A stretch of 64,000 nucleotides of DNA from the human T2T-CHM13v2.0 reference genome, Homo sapiens. Within the stretch, counting starts at the first letter, position 1. Each line of letters begins with the position of its first letter. Shown in pieces: positions 41,059 through 57,129 of the stretch. The position numbers and the translations under genes are program-made. The stretch lies in the NCBI RefSeq assembly GCF_009914755.1, contig NC_060928.1. The stretch is one strand, 5' to 3'. The notes beneath the pieces are model-generated. The model saw only the letters and a list, made by a program, of their open reading frames with translations. It was not told the DNA's origin and did no database searches.

Positions 41059-41961
41059 GGAGGAGCCAAGATGGCCGAATAGGAACAGCTCCGGTCTACA
41101 GCTCCCAGCGTGAGCGACGCAGAAGATGGGTGATTTCTGCATTAACATCTGAGGTACCGGGTTCATCTCACTAGGGAGTGCCAGACAGTGGGCGCAGGCC
41201 AGTGTGTGCGCGCACCATGCACGAGCCGAAGCAGGGCGAGGCATTGCCTCACCTGGGAAGCGCAAGGGGTCAGGGAGTTCCCTTTCCGAGTCAAAGAAAG
41301 GGGTGACGGACGCACCTGGAAAATCGGGTCACTCCCACCCGAATATTGCGCTTTTCAGACCGGCTTAAGAAACGGCGCACCATGAGACTATATCCCACAC
41401 CTGGCTCAGAGGGTCCTACGCCCACGGAATCTCGCTGATTGCTAGCACAGCAGTCTGAGATCAAACTGCAAGGCGGCAACGAGGCTGGGGGAGGGGCGCC
41501 CGCCATTGCCCAGGCTTGCTTAGGTAAACAAAGCAGCCTGGAAGCTCGAACTGGGTGGAGCCCACCACAGCTCAAGGAGGCCTGCCTGCCTCTGTAGGCT
41601 CCACCTCTGGGGGCAGGGCACAGACAAACAAAAAGACAGCAGTAACCTCTGCAGACTTAAGTGTCCCTGTCTGACAGCTTTGAAGAGAGCAGTGGTTCTC
41701 CCAGCACGCAGCTGGAGATCTGAGAACGGGCAGACTGCCTCCTCAAGTGGGTCCCTGACCCCTGACCCCCGAGCAGCCTAACTGGGAGGCACCCCCCAGC
41801 AGGGGCACACTGACACCTCACACGGCAGGGTATTCCAACAGACCTGCAGCTGAGGGTCCCGTCTGTTAGAAGGAAAACTAACAACCAGAAAGGACATCTA
41901 CACCGAAAACCCATCTGTACATCACCATCATCAAAGACCAAAAGTAGATAAAACCACAAAG
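41059..41961 (+). promoter_or_regulatory. L1HS 5'UTR: CpG-rich internal sense promoter with YY1 site (CAAGATGGCC, 41067-41076) and antisense promoter
   Basis: Canonical L1HS 5'UTR with largely retained CpGs. Confidence 0.9.
41291..41506 (-). CDS. ORF0: L1 ORF0 antisense peptide, 71 aa, intact
   Basis: MAGAPPPASLPPCSLISDCCASNQRDSVGVGPSEPGVGYSLMVRRFLSRSEKRNIRVGVTRFSRCVRHPFL, within ORF 41291..41575. Confidence 0.88.
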   Translation of the reverse strand: MAGAPPPASLPPCSLISDCCASNQRDSVGVGPSEPGVGYSLMVRRFLSRSEKRNIRVGVTRFSRCVRHPFL

Positions 41962-42979
41962 ATGGGGAAAAAAACAGAACAGAAAAACTGGAAACTCTAA
42001 AAAGCAGAACGCCTCTCCTCCTCCAAAGGAACGCAGTTCCTCACCAGCAACAGAACAAAGCTGGATGGAGAATGATTTTGACGAGCTGAGAGAAGAAGGC
42101 TTCAGACGATCAAATTACTCTGAGCTACGGGAGGACATTCAAACCAAAGGCAAAGAAGTTGAAAACTTTGAAAAAAATTTAGAAGAATGTATAACTAGAA
42201 TAACCAATACAGAGAAGTGCTTAAAGGAGCTGATGGAGCTGAAAACCAAGGCTCGAGAACAACGTGAAGAATGCAGAAGCCTCAGGAGCCGATGCGATCA
42301 ACTGGAAGAAAGGGTATCAGCGATGGAAGATGAAATGAATGAAATGAAGCGAGAAGGGAAGTTTAGAGAAAAAAGAATAAAAAGAAATGAGCAAAGCCTC
42401 CAAGAAATATGGGACTATGTGAAAAGACCAAATCTACGTCTGATTGGTGTACCTGAAAGTGATGTGGAGAATGGAACCAAGTTGGAAAACACTCTGCAGG
42501 ATAGTATCCAGGAGAACTTCCCCAATCTAGCAAGGCAGGCCAACGTTCAGATTCAGGAAATACAGAGAACGCCACAAAGATACTCCTCGAGAAGAGCAAC
42601 TCCAAGACACATAATTGTCAGATTCACCAAAGTTGAAATGAAGGAAAAAATGTTAAGGGCAGCCAGAGAGAAAGGTCGGGTTACCCTCAAAGGAAAGCCC
42701 ATCAGACTAACAGCGGATCTCTCGGCAGAAACCCTACAAGCCAGAAGAGAGTGGGGGCCAATATTCAACATTCTTAAAGAAAAGAATTTTCAACCCAGAA
42801 TTTCATATCCAGCCAAACTAAGCTTCATAAGTGAAGGAGAAATAAAATACTTTATAGACAAGCAAATGCTGAGAGATTTTGTCACCACCAGGCCTGCCCT
42901 AAAAGAGCTCCTGAAGGAAGCGCTAAACATGGAAAGGAACAACCGGTACCAGCCGCTGCAAAATCATGCCAAAATGTAA
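41962..42979 (+). pseudogene. ORF1: L1 ORF1p with a +1 frameshift in the A-tract after the start codon; 304-aa frame open from Met35 (42065)
   Basis: ATGGGG followed by A7 (canonical A6) gives MGKKTEQKNWKL* (stop 41998-42000); downstream ORF retains coiled coil, RRM and CTD (REKG, ARR, YPAKLS). Confidence 0.9.
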
Positions 42980-43042
42980 AGACCATGGAGACTAGGAAGA
43001 AACTGCATCAACTAATGAGCAAAATCACCAGCTAACATCATA

Positions 43043-46870
<3,828 letters not shown>

Positions 46871-47460
46871 ACAATGAGATCACATGGACACAGGAAGGGG
46901 AATATCACACTCTGGGGACTGTGGTGGGGTCGGGGGAGGGGGGAGGGATAGCATTGGGAGATATACCTAATGCTAGATGACACATTAGTGGGTGCAGCGC
47001 ACCAGCATGGCACATGTATACATATGTAACTAACCTGCACAATGTGCACATGTACCCTAAAACTTAGAGTATAATAAAAAAAAAAAAAAAAAAAAAGAAG
47101 TTTACGGATAAAAGAAAAAAAAAAAAAAAAAAAAAAAAACAAAGTATAAATTCACTGCAGTATCCCTGACACCTAGACAGGGCTGGGGATATAGTATTTG
47201 TACAACAAATATTTTGCTGAAGAAATAAACACATTTATCCTCAAAATAGGAGAGAAGGTGGTCATGATAAAAGGTTGCAGGCTTAATGTCTTAGCTTTGC
47301 TAGACTATGAACTCGCTGAGAACAGGCAACAATTCTTACCATGTCAAAAGCCCCAGCCCAGTGTGCAGTTCCTTGCGCATGGGGGTGCCCAGTAAAAGGG
47401 AATAGGCTCGCTTTGTCTATAAGCCTGTGGGGTCTGAAGAAAGCCCCAGGAATCCCTAAA

Positions 47461-47546
47461 CATTAGGGGCACTCAATAAACCTGTGTTTAAACCTAGGTG
47501 AGAATTAGTCTAGTTTTAAGCACAGTTTTAATGAGTGCCCCCAATG
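47461..47546. repeat. Imperfect inverted repeat: 37-bp arms (32/37 match), 12-nt loop
   Basis: 47461-47497 versus the reverse complement of 47510-47546. Confidence 0.9.
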
Positions 47547-47599
47547 ACTTCTGGCTTCATCCCTACTCTTTTGGAAGGAATAATAAAATTAATTTATTA

Positions 47600-47830
47600 T
47601 TGATAAGAGCAGCCAATAACTTATCTCTTACTAAAGGCAATATAATTTTTTCATAATTTTGCAGTTTTGTAGTTTTATGTAATTTAGTCTATAGAAGAAC
47701 CTTATATTGAAGCTATTATAAGTCTTTCCTTTTTACAGATTAGGAATTGAGGCTCAGAGCTGTTAAGTGACTTGCTCAGAAGCCCATGACAGTCAGTGTC
47801 AGGGAAGGACTGGAATCTGGGGCCATCGTC
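47600..47830 (-). mobile_element. MIR
   Basis: ttttacagattaggaattgaggctcagagctgttaagtgacttgctcagaa. Confidence 0.8.
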
Positions 47831-48569
47831 AACTAGCCCCTCCGCCATCACTCACTTAGTGGACACTCTGAGGCAGGCCCCATACTCACATTCAGGATAG
47901 AGATATCAGTGGGACACAACGCCTGTCCTCGAAGGGAACACAGAAACTGATGGCAACATGCAAGGGAGAACATCAGGGTAAGGTACAGGGAACAGAAGCT
48001 GAGGGTAGTGGGAACAGCAGCATCAGAAAAGGTCCTGAGGACTGAATTTTGGAAGGTGAGTAGGAGTTAGCTTGGAAAGGAAGCAGAAAGGAATAGAGAA
48101 GAAGAAAACAGGAAGCATTCTCCAACAAAGAGACAAGTGTCTTTGAGGGCTAAAACCAGAGTTGGCAGTAGCTCCTTAATTAACAGGACTCAAAGATCAG
48201 GATTTGAGGTAAGGAATGGGAAGAGGGAAGGGGTAGATGATCAAAATTCCAAAAGGCCATTAGTGTCTCATCAGGGAGTCAGACCATCCTGAAGATTTGT
48301 GCCTAGAACAAATACAGCACAGTGTCCTAGGAATGGACTTAGGAATCAGAAAAACATAGGCTGTTATAGCCTCAGTTTGGAAAACAGAGCCCCAGGTAAG
48401 ATCCTATATGATAGTTCTTTATTATGTATCCCAGAGAGTAGAAGTGAGGGAAAAGGAAGACGAAATAGGAACATAGGTTGAAATAAAATAAAAAGATGCA
48501 TTATCAATTTGGCTGCCACAAGGCACAACTTGTTGCTTGATTCTGTAGGACTGTTCTTCAAGAATATAT

Positions 48570-48900
48570 ATAAAATGTATGATTGCATAGCCTGCCCAGG
48601 GTAACAATCAGTATACCTGATTCTACCTCCTACCGATCAAAGATTCATCCCATGGAGCATTAATTCTCCAGTTCTTGTGGGCTGGGTATGCACAGGTGAC
48701 TAAAGGTACTGTGCAGTTGGGGTCACAGAGAAGCCCCAGGACAGAAGGCAGCAGGCATAGGGTGGCTGGGTGAGGTGGTGTCAAGTCACCTCTGCCTGAA
48801 GTAAGTGGAACTCACGCTGAGCTTATTGCTATAGCAGCCCCTGAAACAAAAAACCAAGTGAAGCCAAGAAATAGGTAAGTCTTGTGCAAACTGTCCCAAC
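48570..48900 (-). mobile_element. Old ERVL LTR (LTR16-like) fragment
   Basis: gcattaattctccagttctt, cagagaagccccaggacag; resembles 54660-54800; low identity. Confidence 0.4.
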
Positions 48901-50778
48901 GCCTGCTGGCTATGTGTCTTACATGTGCCTCAGTTTCCTGTGAATAAAATGGAAAGAGTAATTGTACCTGGCTCATGAGAAAGTTCCAGTGCTCACAGTT
49001 GTTCCTAGAACACAGAAAATGCTCAATAAATAGCAGCTATTCTTATTACTACTGTCATCATCAAAAACAGTGGTATGATCAAACTAACTTTGCCAGAGAT
49101 TTACACTTTGAGTCATTGATTTTTAACCTATTATTATATATACAGAAGTTTATCATTAAAAATGCATGAGTAACCTTGAGCTTTAAAAATAAAAATGCAG
49201 CACTTTTTAAAATCCCTTTTATCTCTGTTCCTGGAATCAAATTGACCTCTCTCTAAAAACGTGTCTTGGAAAGCACCATGAATGAGGACACAGAAGATGT
49301 GGGCCTCAGTTTCATCTTTGTACAGAGCTGTGTGTCCTTAACAATTGCATTTGTTCCAACCAACAGAATGTATTGATTCTGGGGGGAAGGCCCTGGGTCT
49401 TGCCCTACAGACAAAAATCAGTCAGGGTTAGTCTTCTGAGATCTCAGTCTAGGAGGTGAATACAGACCCTGAAACATCTGACTCTGGTATCAGACAGTAA
49501 AATTTTCACAAATATTACAAATAACCAAGGAGCAACCAGAGAATCACATGGAGTCTCTAGAAAATTGGTTTCCTCACAAGGTCACAGGAATCCAACAGAG
49601 CGTCCCAAGTATGGAGCATAAATCTCTAGTAAAATTGAGGCAATTTAGGTGGTATACAGACAGGACATTAAATAAATTATAATTAATAGTGTAGTAAGAA
49701 AGTAATTCTCTTTACAATCCTTCTGGTTCTTTCAGGAGGTAGCCGCCATGTGGAACTTGATAATCTTCACTTTTAATAAAGAAAATATGAGACCAGTGGC
49801 TTGCTCAAAGTTTTTGGCTAACTTGGTATTTGTGTATAATTGTATAAATTTGTTTCATTTTACTTTTTTTCATAATTTCTATGTAAAGTTTTACTTTTTA
49901 ATTGAAGATAACAATATATTGCTTTTATTTTAGACATAGTCATTTAAGTTTTAAAAAGTAACTTGATTGAAAAACACATTATATAAAGACAGTACAGATG
50001 CTATGTAAATGTAAGGAAATAATTTTTCACTATATGATTCAATATAAAGTAATCACTTTGATGGATAGCATCAAATATAGCAAAATCATAAAGGTAGAAT
50101 GAAAATTTCTGAAGTTGGGGAAATATTGGAGTAGATGACTTAGAAGCCCTCCTGTTTTCTAAATATGTTTTGTCTATTATACAAATACTTATGGAAAACA
50201 CATCTGAGAAGAGTCCTTCAAGGGCGCTGACTCTGCCAGGGTGATTTACCTGCTTCATCCTCTGTGGCTTGGAATGAGGATATGACGGATTTAGCCAAAG
50301 CAGTCATTTTTGACCATGAGGTGGTCTTGATGATGGATGCCAAACTCCAGGAGAAGAAAGAAAAGAGATTGGGACACCATTGAATACCGTACCACTAAAG
50401 CCAAAGGAGTCCTAGGCTATCTACTGGTAGGCTTCTTTTATATGATACTGAAATAAACTTCTTTCTTGTGTATTCTACTGAATTTTTAGAGTTTCTGTCA
50501 GATGCAGCTGAACCTAATATTAAATGATGTAGCATTTATTTCTTGCAAGAGAGGTACTATGAGAAATGAAATCTAAAATACAGTATTACCTCATTGCATA
50601 AAGTCCTAAAGGCAAATATTGTGGACTAGGATATTGCAGGTAGAAAAGCTGAAGTCCCATGCTATATGATAGCAAAACAGTTTGCCAATCTATTGACTAA
50701 CAGAAGTTGGAACACAGACCACACACTCACTTAGGCTATACCATTAGGAGAGAGGAAAGGAAAAGTCAAGAATGTTGA

Positions 50779-51289
50779 TATATTAGTTATCTATCACTGC
50801 ATAAAAATTACCCCCCAAACTTAGCAGTTTAACACAGCAAAGCATTTATTATCTGACAGTTCCTGTGGGTCAAGAATCTAAGCACAATTTAGCTGGTTCT
50901 CTCTGGATTAAGATTTCTTTTAGAATTGTAATCAAGATTTTTCCTGTGGCAACAGTATCATCTGAAGACTCAACGGAAGGAGATCCACTTACAAGCTCAC
51001 TGATGTAGTTGGCAAGATTCAGTTCTTCAATCAAAGGCCTCCTTCAATTTCTTGCCATGTGGATCTCTCCAGAGAACAACTCACAACATGGAAGTTGGTT
51101 TTCCTGAGAGAGCAAGTGATAGGATAAGAGAGAAAGTATACCCAAATCTTAATCTCACAAGTTGTATTTATCACCCTGTTGTGTTGTGAAGTGTATCAGT
51201 AAATTCAGCCCACATTCAAGGGGTGTAGATTACACAAGTAAATTCCAGAAGGTAGGGATCATTAGGGACCATCATAGTTGCTTACCATA
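50779..51289 (-). mobile_element. MLT1F/G-type solo LTR nested in MLT-int
   Basis: tattagttatctatcactgcataa...cagcccacattcaagggg; 5-bp TSD GTTGA at 50774-50778 and 51290-51294. Confidence 0.85.
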
Positions 51290-52062
51290 GTTGATATGTG
51301 ATAACACTGTCTGCCACTTTCAACAAAGATTCACAAAAAATAAAGTCAAACACCACCTATCCATTTACAAAAAGAATAGCAAGAAATGAAGCTTTGCTTT
51401 GTCTGCAGACTAAAATCTAGGCTCCCTAAGAGGCCATAATTGGAGGTCTAGAAAGATTATAGTCTAACCTGAATCTGTTATCAGCAGCTGCAGGCTTAGC
51501 ATCAAATAAACTTGCTGGTGAAATGAAAATAAGTGAATTGCTTCCTGACCAAAGCCTATTGTTTCAGATGGCCATCAAGCTAGGGGAGAAGAATGGACAG
51601 ATCACAGAGGTCTCTGATTGAAATTCAAGAGCCGTCAGGTTTAAAATCTCTAGCTGGACAAGATTTGGGGCTGTGGTCACTTATATGTGGAACTTTCCAG
51701 AAGCATATGGAACAGGAACCTTCTAAGTTATTAAGCAAGAAACTGCCCCACGAGAGTTGTTATTTGTTATGGACTTGTGGCTGTTGGGTTTGTCCAACCC
51801 TCTCCTTTACTGAGTGGAGGTTCTTTCTGCAGGAATGCTGTTTCTGCTTCACTGCTGGTTGCTGGTGGACAAGGAGTGAGAAGGAGATAGGTTGTGTCAG
51901 TGTGTAGGTCACTGGGGTTTAAGGAGATAAAATCAGACCTGGTGAAGAGAACTGCACATCTTCCAAGATCCTAGACTTTCAGCAAATAAAGCACCTGGAG
52001 ATACCAAGGTCCTCTTCCTTGGATGGGGATTATATTCTAAATATAAAAAAAATGTAGGTTTG

Positions 52063-52352
52063 TGCTGGGCGTGGTGGCTCATGCCTGTAATCCCAGCATT
52101 TTGGGAGGCTGAGGTGGGTGGACCACGAGGTCAGGAGTTCGAGACCAGCCTGGCCAATATGGTGAAACCCTGTCTGTACTAAAAATACAAAAATTAGCTG
52201 GGTGTGGTGGTGTGCACCTGTAGTCTCAGCTACTCAGGAAGCTGAGGCAGAAGAATCACTTGAACCCAGGAGGCGGAGATTGCAGTGAGCCGAGATCGTG
52301 CCACTGCACTCCAGGCTGGGCAACAGAGTGAGACTCTGTCAAAAAAAAAAAA
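52063..52352 (+). mobile_element. AluSg-like, full length
   Basis: cacgaggtcaggagttcgagaccagcc; TSD core GTAGGTTTG at 52054-52062 and 52353-52361. Confidence 0.95.
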
Positions 52353-52633
52353 GTAGGTTTGGAGGTTAGGCAGCTAAAGGATCAACTGTGACAGAAATTG
52401 TTTGATGACTACCTAGTATCTATTGTCTTCTTTTGCACAGTCTAAATATTGGAGCCTCCAAAATGAAATACTCCTTGAAACTAAAGCATCTTTCACTCCT
52501 TGTGTCAATTGTTGTTCTGGGCGAATCCCCTCACACCCAGCAGAAAGTGTTGGTTTGATAGAAGAAGCAGAAATGAAGCTGGAACTATTAGGAATCAAAA
52601 GAGGGAAGGAAAACCTGAAACAGATAAAGTTTG

Positions 52634-53032
52634 TGTATTAATCTGTTCTCACGCTGTCACAAAGAGCTACCTGAGACTGGGTAATTTATGAAGAAAAGAG
52701 GTTTAACTGACTGACAGTTCCACAGGTTGTACAGGAAGCATGGCTGGAGAGACAGAAATATATGACCATGGCAGAAGGGCGAAGGGGAAGCAAGCACCTT
52801 CTTCACATGGTGGTCGAGGACCAGGGGGAAGAGAGAGAGAGAGAAAGAGAAGGGAGAAGTGCTACACAGTTTCAAACAACCAGATCTCATGAGAACTCAT
52901 TCACTATCAGGAGAGCAGCAAGGGGGATGTCCACCCCATGATCCAATCACCTCCCACCAGGTCCCTCCCCTAATATCGGGGATTAGAATTCAATATGAGA
53001 TTTGGGTGGGGACACAGAGCCAAATCATAGCA
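52634..53032 (-). mobile_element. MSTA-type solo LTR
   Basis: tgtattaatctgttctcac...caggttgtacaggaagcatgg...gacacagagccaaatcatagca; TSD GTTTG/GTGTG. Confidence 0.9.
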
Positions 53033-54126
53033 GTGTGGCTTGAAGGTTCTGCACAAGCAGCCCCCAAATGGAGTTGAAAAAGTACAATAGACACATTTTA
53101 TCCACTTGGCAGTTTTTTCAACTTTTGGCAATAGTCAGGATAGAGCCTGTGAAAGTTAAAACTTCAGGACTCGTTTGGAAGTTGGGACACTAAGTTCTTC
53201 CACTTTGATGTGGTCTTTCTGTTGTGGAGAAGAAAACTAGAAATAAAGGAAGTGAAACAGAAAATGAAGGAGTGAGCAATACTCAGCACAGATGGCTTAA
53301 TTCAAACAACAGGATGAAGCTGATTGCTTCCCTGACACTGATTATGTGCTGCCACTGTTCTGAGTGCTATACATACACTGCTAATCACTTCACTTTCTCA
53401 GCAAGGGGATACTCTCTATCTCCATTTTACATATGAAGAGACTGAAGCTCAGATAGCCTACCAGCCAGGATCCTAACCCAGGCATTTGGTGTCTAGGGAC
53501 CATGTGCCTAAGGATCAGCTCCTCTGTGCAAAATTGTTTGAGTCAGCTAGGGAAGGAGTGTATGAATCAATTACAGTATGACCAAATTTATAAGTAAGTA
53601 AATTACTGAATGCATACATTTACAGACAAATGAACTGAATAAATATATAGACAGCATCACTTTTCTGAGAACTAAAAAGGATTTGGCAAATCTCCTTAGT
53701 CTTTATCTTGAGATATATCCTCCATGAAATCTTTGAATCTAATCAAAACTGCCACTAAGGGAAGGCAGGTTGTTATTTGCATCGTTGTAGGTACCATAGG
53801 GGAGGAGAAGCCAGGGTAGGGAAGAGAGGGAGAGAACATCAATGCAGCTTCACTCGTTCCTCTAAGGCCAGCCTTGCTGCCTCCCATGCCACAGAGTCCA
53901 AATCACCCACCAGTTACTTTCCAAGGAAATTATATTTTCTCTTCCAAAATGTTATTATTACGGATTTATTTGGCTTTGATTAAAGAAAAAATAGGGGGAA
54001 AACTGCTATCAGTCACTCACATTTCATTGTCCATTTATTTATTCACTAATTTATTTGCTGGACATTTATTAAGTCTGTGTGCCAGGATTTGTGTCAGATC
54101 CAGCTTTGCCTTGAGAGGAGAGTTGT

Positions 54127-54839
54127 TGTCTTAGGTTTGATTCCCCTGGAGGTAGACTGAGACCAGAATGGGTGTGCAAGAGGTCTGTTTGTAAGCAATC
54201 CCAGGACAACTGGCACAAGTGTGTGAGTAGCAGAGTCAGATTGGGCAGGGAAGGAAGCTAATAGAGGGTATGCCTTCATGCCGGTTAGTGCAGAGCTCAG
54301 TTTTACCTGGGCAACCCTGGAACATGTTGTAGAACATACCTCCAAGGGACCCTGCCCAAGGGGTGATGAGATAGGCTCATGAAGAAAAGAGGTTTAATTG
54401 ACTCACAGTTCTACAGACTGTACAGGAAGCATGGCTGGGGAGGCCTTAGGAAACTTATGATCATGGCAGAAGGGCAAAGGGGAAGCAAGCACCTTCTTCA
54501 CATGGTGGAGCAGGAGTGAGAGGGAGAGTGAAGGAAGAAGTTCTACACAGTTTCACAGTTTCAAACAACCAGATCTCATGAGAACTCACTCACTATCATG
54601 AGAATAGCAAGGGGGAAGTCCAGAGTCTTATCATCTAACTCACATCCATAATTGGTTGAGGTGAGGGCTGCTCCCAGGTACCATAATCCCCTTGCACTTT
54701 TGGTTTCCCTGTCTGTGATGCAGAAAATTCTCTCAGACTGAAAGCTGCAGGTGCTTGGAGTAGGATACTGTAGGCATGCACTAGAATGGTGAGTGCCAAG
54801 AGGATATAGTATGGGTAAGACCCCGCAGCATCTGCTACA
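54127..54839 (-). mobile_element. LTR16-family ERVL LTR interrupted by an MSTA fragment
   Basis: tgtcttaggtttgattcccctgga...gtgtgcaagaggt... and terminus cagcatctgctaca. Confidence 0.7.
54379..54622 (-). mobile_element. Internal MSTA LTR fragment lacking both termini
   Basis: Colinear with 52688-52933. Confidence 0.88.
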
Positions 54840-54954
54840 AATGAACACATAGATGATTAATTTAAGCAGAAGCTAGACTAGGAATATGACCCTGGTACTA
54901 CAAAAGCACATAGAAGAGAATGATTGATTTATTCTCCACTAGGCTTCCCTGACC

Positions 54955-55050
54955 ACACAAGCACACACTTGTACACACATATCCATGCATGCACATGTAC
55001 ACACACATGCATACCTATGCGCAGATGCACACACACATGCACACACACAC
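54955..55050. repeat. Degenerate (CA)n/(CATG) repeat
   Basis: Direct reading. Confidence 0.8.
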
Positions 55051-55502
55051 TCTTCTTCATTCCACAGCTCACAAGTAATTCTTTATCAGGTAACTTGGCT
55101 AAATGCTTATGTTCTCCTGTTTACAAGGATGAAGGCTATCCTTTTGAGACCTCAAGCCTTGGAAAGACTGTGATTCCTCTTCTGATATGGAATTCAATGT
55201 AAAATCACCCTAACATATAAATATGTGTATGGAAGTTCAAGCTAGTTGTGATTTTTCTGATGTTGATAAGCCAGTTTTTTTTGTATGTGCAAAAAAATGT
55301 CATATTTTTTCCAAACAATTTCTTGGTGTCCCTGTTTTGTTTGTGTCTCGGGTGCATACTTGGTGTGCCCATTGGGTGGTCTCTACACTCTTCACAAAAC
55401 TAATGCATCATGCGGAGGAGGGTGACCTTGTCCACTTTAGAATCAGTGGTTTCTGCAAGGCCTGGTAACATTAGGCATAGAGTGGGAAGTCATTCAATGC
55501 TA

Positions 55503-55572
55503 GATGGATGGGTGGGTGGATGGATGGATGGATGGATGGATGGATGGATGGATGGATGGATGGATGGATGGA
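55503..55572. repeat. (GGAT)n tetranucleotide STR, probably grown from an L2 3' tail
   Basis: About 17 units including two GGGT variants, following L2-like cctggtaacattagg...cattcaatgc. Confidence 0.95.
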
Positions 55573-56429
55573 GAGAAATATGAGTGAGCTCTATTTGAAG
55601 AGAGAAATCCTAGGACATGTCAGAGCTTTCAAAGATGAAGTAAGCTCTAAACTTAGACTTGGAGGATGGCCATTGGATATCTTCAGATAGGGGATTCATT
55701 GTGGGAGATAGGGAACACCTGACTTTTCAGGTGTGTTGAAAAACACCGTTCAGTTTAACTTAGTTGTACTATTGGATTGGAATTCATCAGGCTCCTGAGG
55801 TTAGAGTTTCTCAGGGCCTGCAAGTCAGGGCCTTGACTTGGGAAGACCACACAGGTGGTCTCTGAAGTTGTCAGCAGCTTTGGCCACTGCCACAGATAAT
55901 TTATTCCCTCTGCTGGAACTTCAGCTACTGAGAGGGACAGGCTAATTGGGTCTTCCTGGCAATCCACGTCAGCTAGAAGCTCCCTGCTACAATCCCTGCA
56001 CCTCCTTTCTAACCTTTTGCAGTGCCAAGGCATAAAGAGAAGGAACATTTATAAAGCACATGCCTGCTGAGAATACCCTGTTGTGATTGTTTTCCCCAGT
56101 TCAGACAATCCCTGCCAGCTACTTCAAAGGCTTTTGAAGTTACTGCTAATTTAAAAGCAATAATAAGATTGACACTGAAATGCTTCCCAGCTGGTTTTTC
56201 TGGGCAATAACTTTCACCAGTTCCTTTACAGCCTGCTTTCTGTTACAGTTTGGGGTTTGGAAAACATGGGCTTCTAAAACACTCAAACAGAACAGAACAT
56301 GTTTCTAAAACAAAGAAATAACATGATCCTAGCACAGATAAAAACATGTTCTTCTCCATTTAGGATATATTTCTTAACAATGAATGTCAGTGAAATGTAC
56401 CTAGCCCAGTACCTGGCACTTAACAGAGT

Positions 56430-56850
56430 GCTTATAGCAAGTGTGGGGTCAATGAGTCCTAGGTTTAAAACTCAAGTCTTCCACTTATTAATTGGTTGTT
56501 CTTAGACAAGTTATTTAATGTCCATAAAACTCCAAGTTATCCTCTAAAAATAGAGTATAAAAGTACCTCCCATGAAAGCTAGTTGAGAAAGTGGAAACTC
56601 AAGGATTTAATAAAAACACAGGTGTAAGATTCAGATCGGAGATGAAAGCTTAGCTTTGCCACTTTCCAGCTGGTAACCTAGGGCTTAGTCAATTCACCTA
56701 ACCTCCCTGAGACTCAGTTTCTTTACCTATAAAATGGAAATAATAAGACATCTCTCATAACTCATATAGTAGACATAATAGGAATTAAATTTTATGACAT
56801 AATATTTAATGGCACAGTATTTGGTACTGAGTTCAGTAAAATGACAGCTT
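56430..56850 (+). mobile_element. Two tandem MIR fragments
   Basis: cttagacaagttatttaa; acctccctgagactcagtttctttacctataaaatggaaataataa. Confidence 0.75.
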
Positions 56851-57129
56851 TTATGGATGTAAAGATGAAATGAGAAAAAGTATCCAAGTAGCTGTCCCAG
56901 TATCTGGCACTTAACAGACTGTTTCACAAGCTTTTTCTATTTTAAAACCATTTTCATTGACATGTCTCTATCGGCTGTTGCCTCATAATCAGCTTTCTCA
57001 ATGTTCAGTGATTAATTTTATCACTGTTTTTATTATTGTCACAGTGATTTAATCATTTTAAACATTCTGTCAATGTTTAAGCTCCAGCTTAGAACAGTAA
57101 CAGCTTAACATGGCTCATGAGTTGCCCCT

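Larger units (their letters stand above)
50230..52520 (+). mobile_element. Degenerate old MLT1 (J/K-type) provirus: LTR 3' part to ~50530, internal region, second LTR from ~52386
   Basis: LTR end aaataaacttc...gtttctgtcagatgcagctgaacctaata; PPT-like aggcagctaaaggatcaac|tgtgacag. Confidence 0.5.

Noticed and set aside
55508-55690. ORF with WMDG repeats
   Set aside because: Translation of the (GGAT)n STR
56295-56351. Two perfect p53 half-sites (GAACATGTTT, AAACATGTTC)
   Set aside because: Separated by 37 bp, far beyond the functional 0-13 bp spacer
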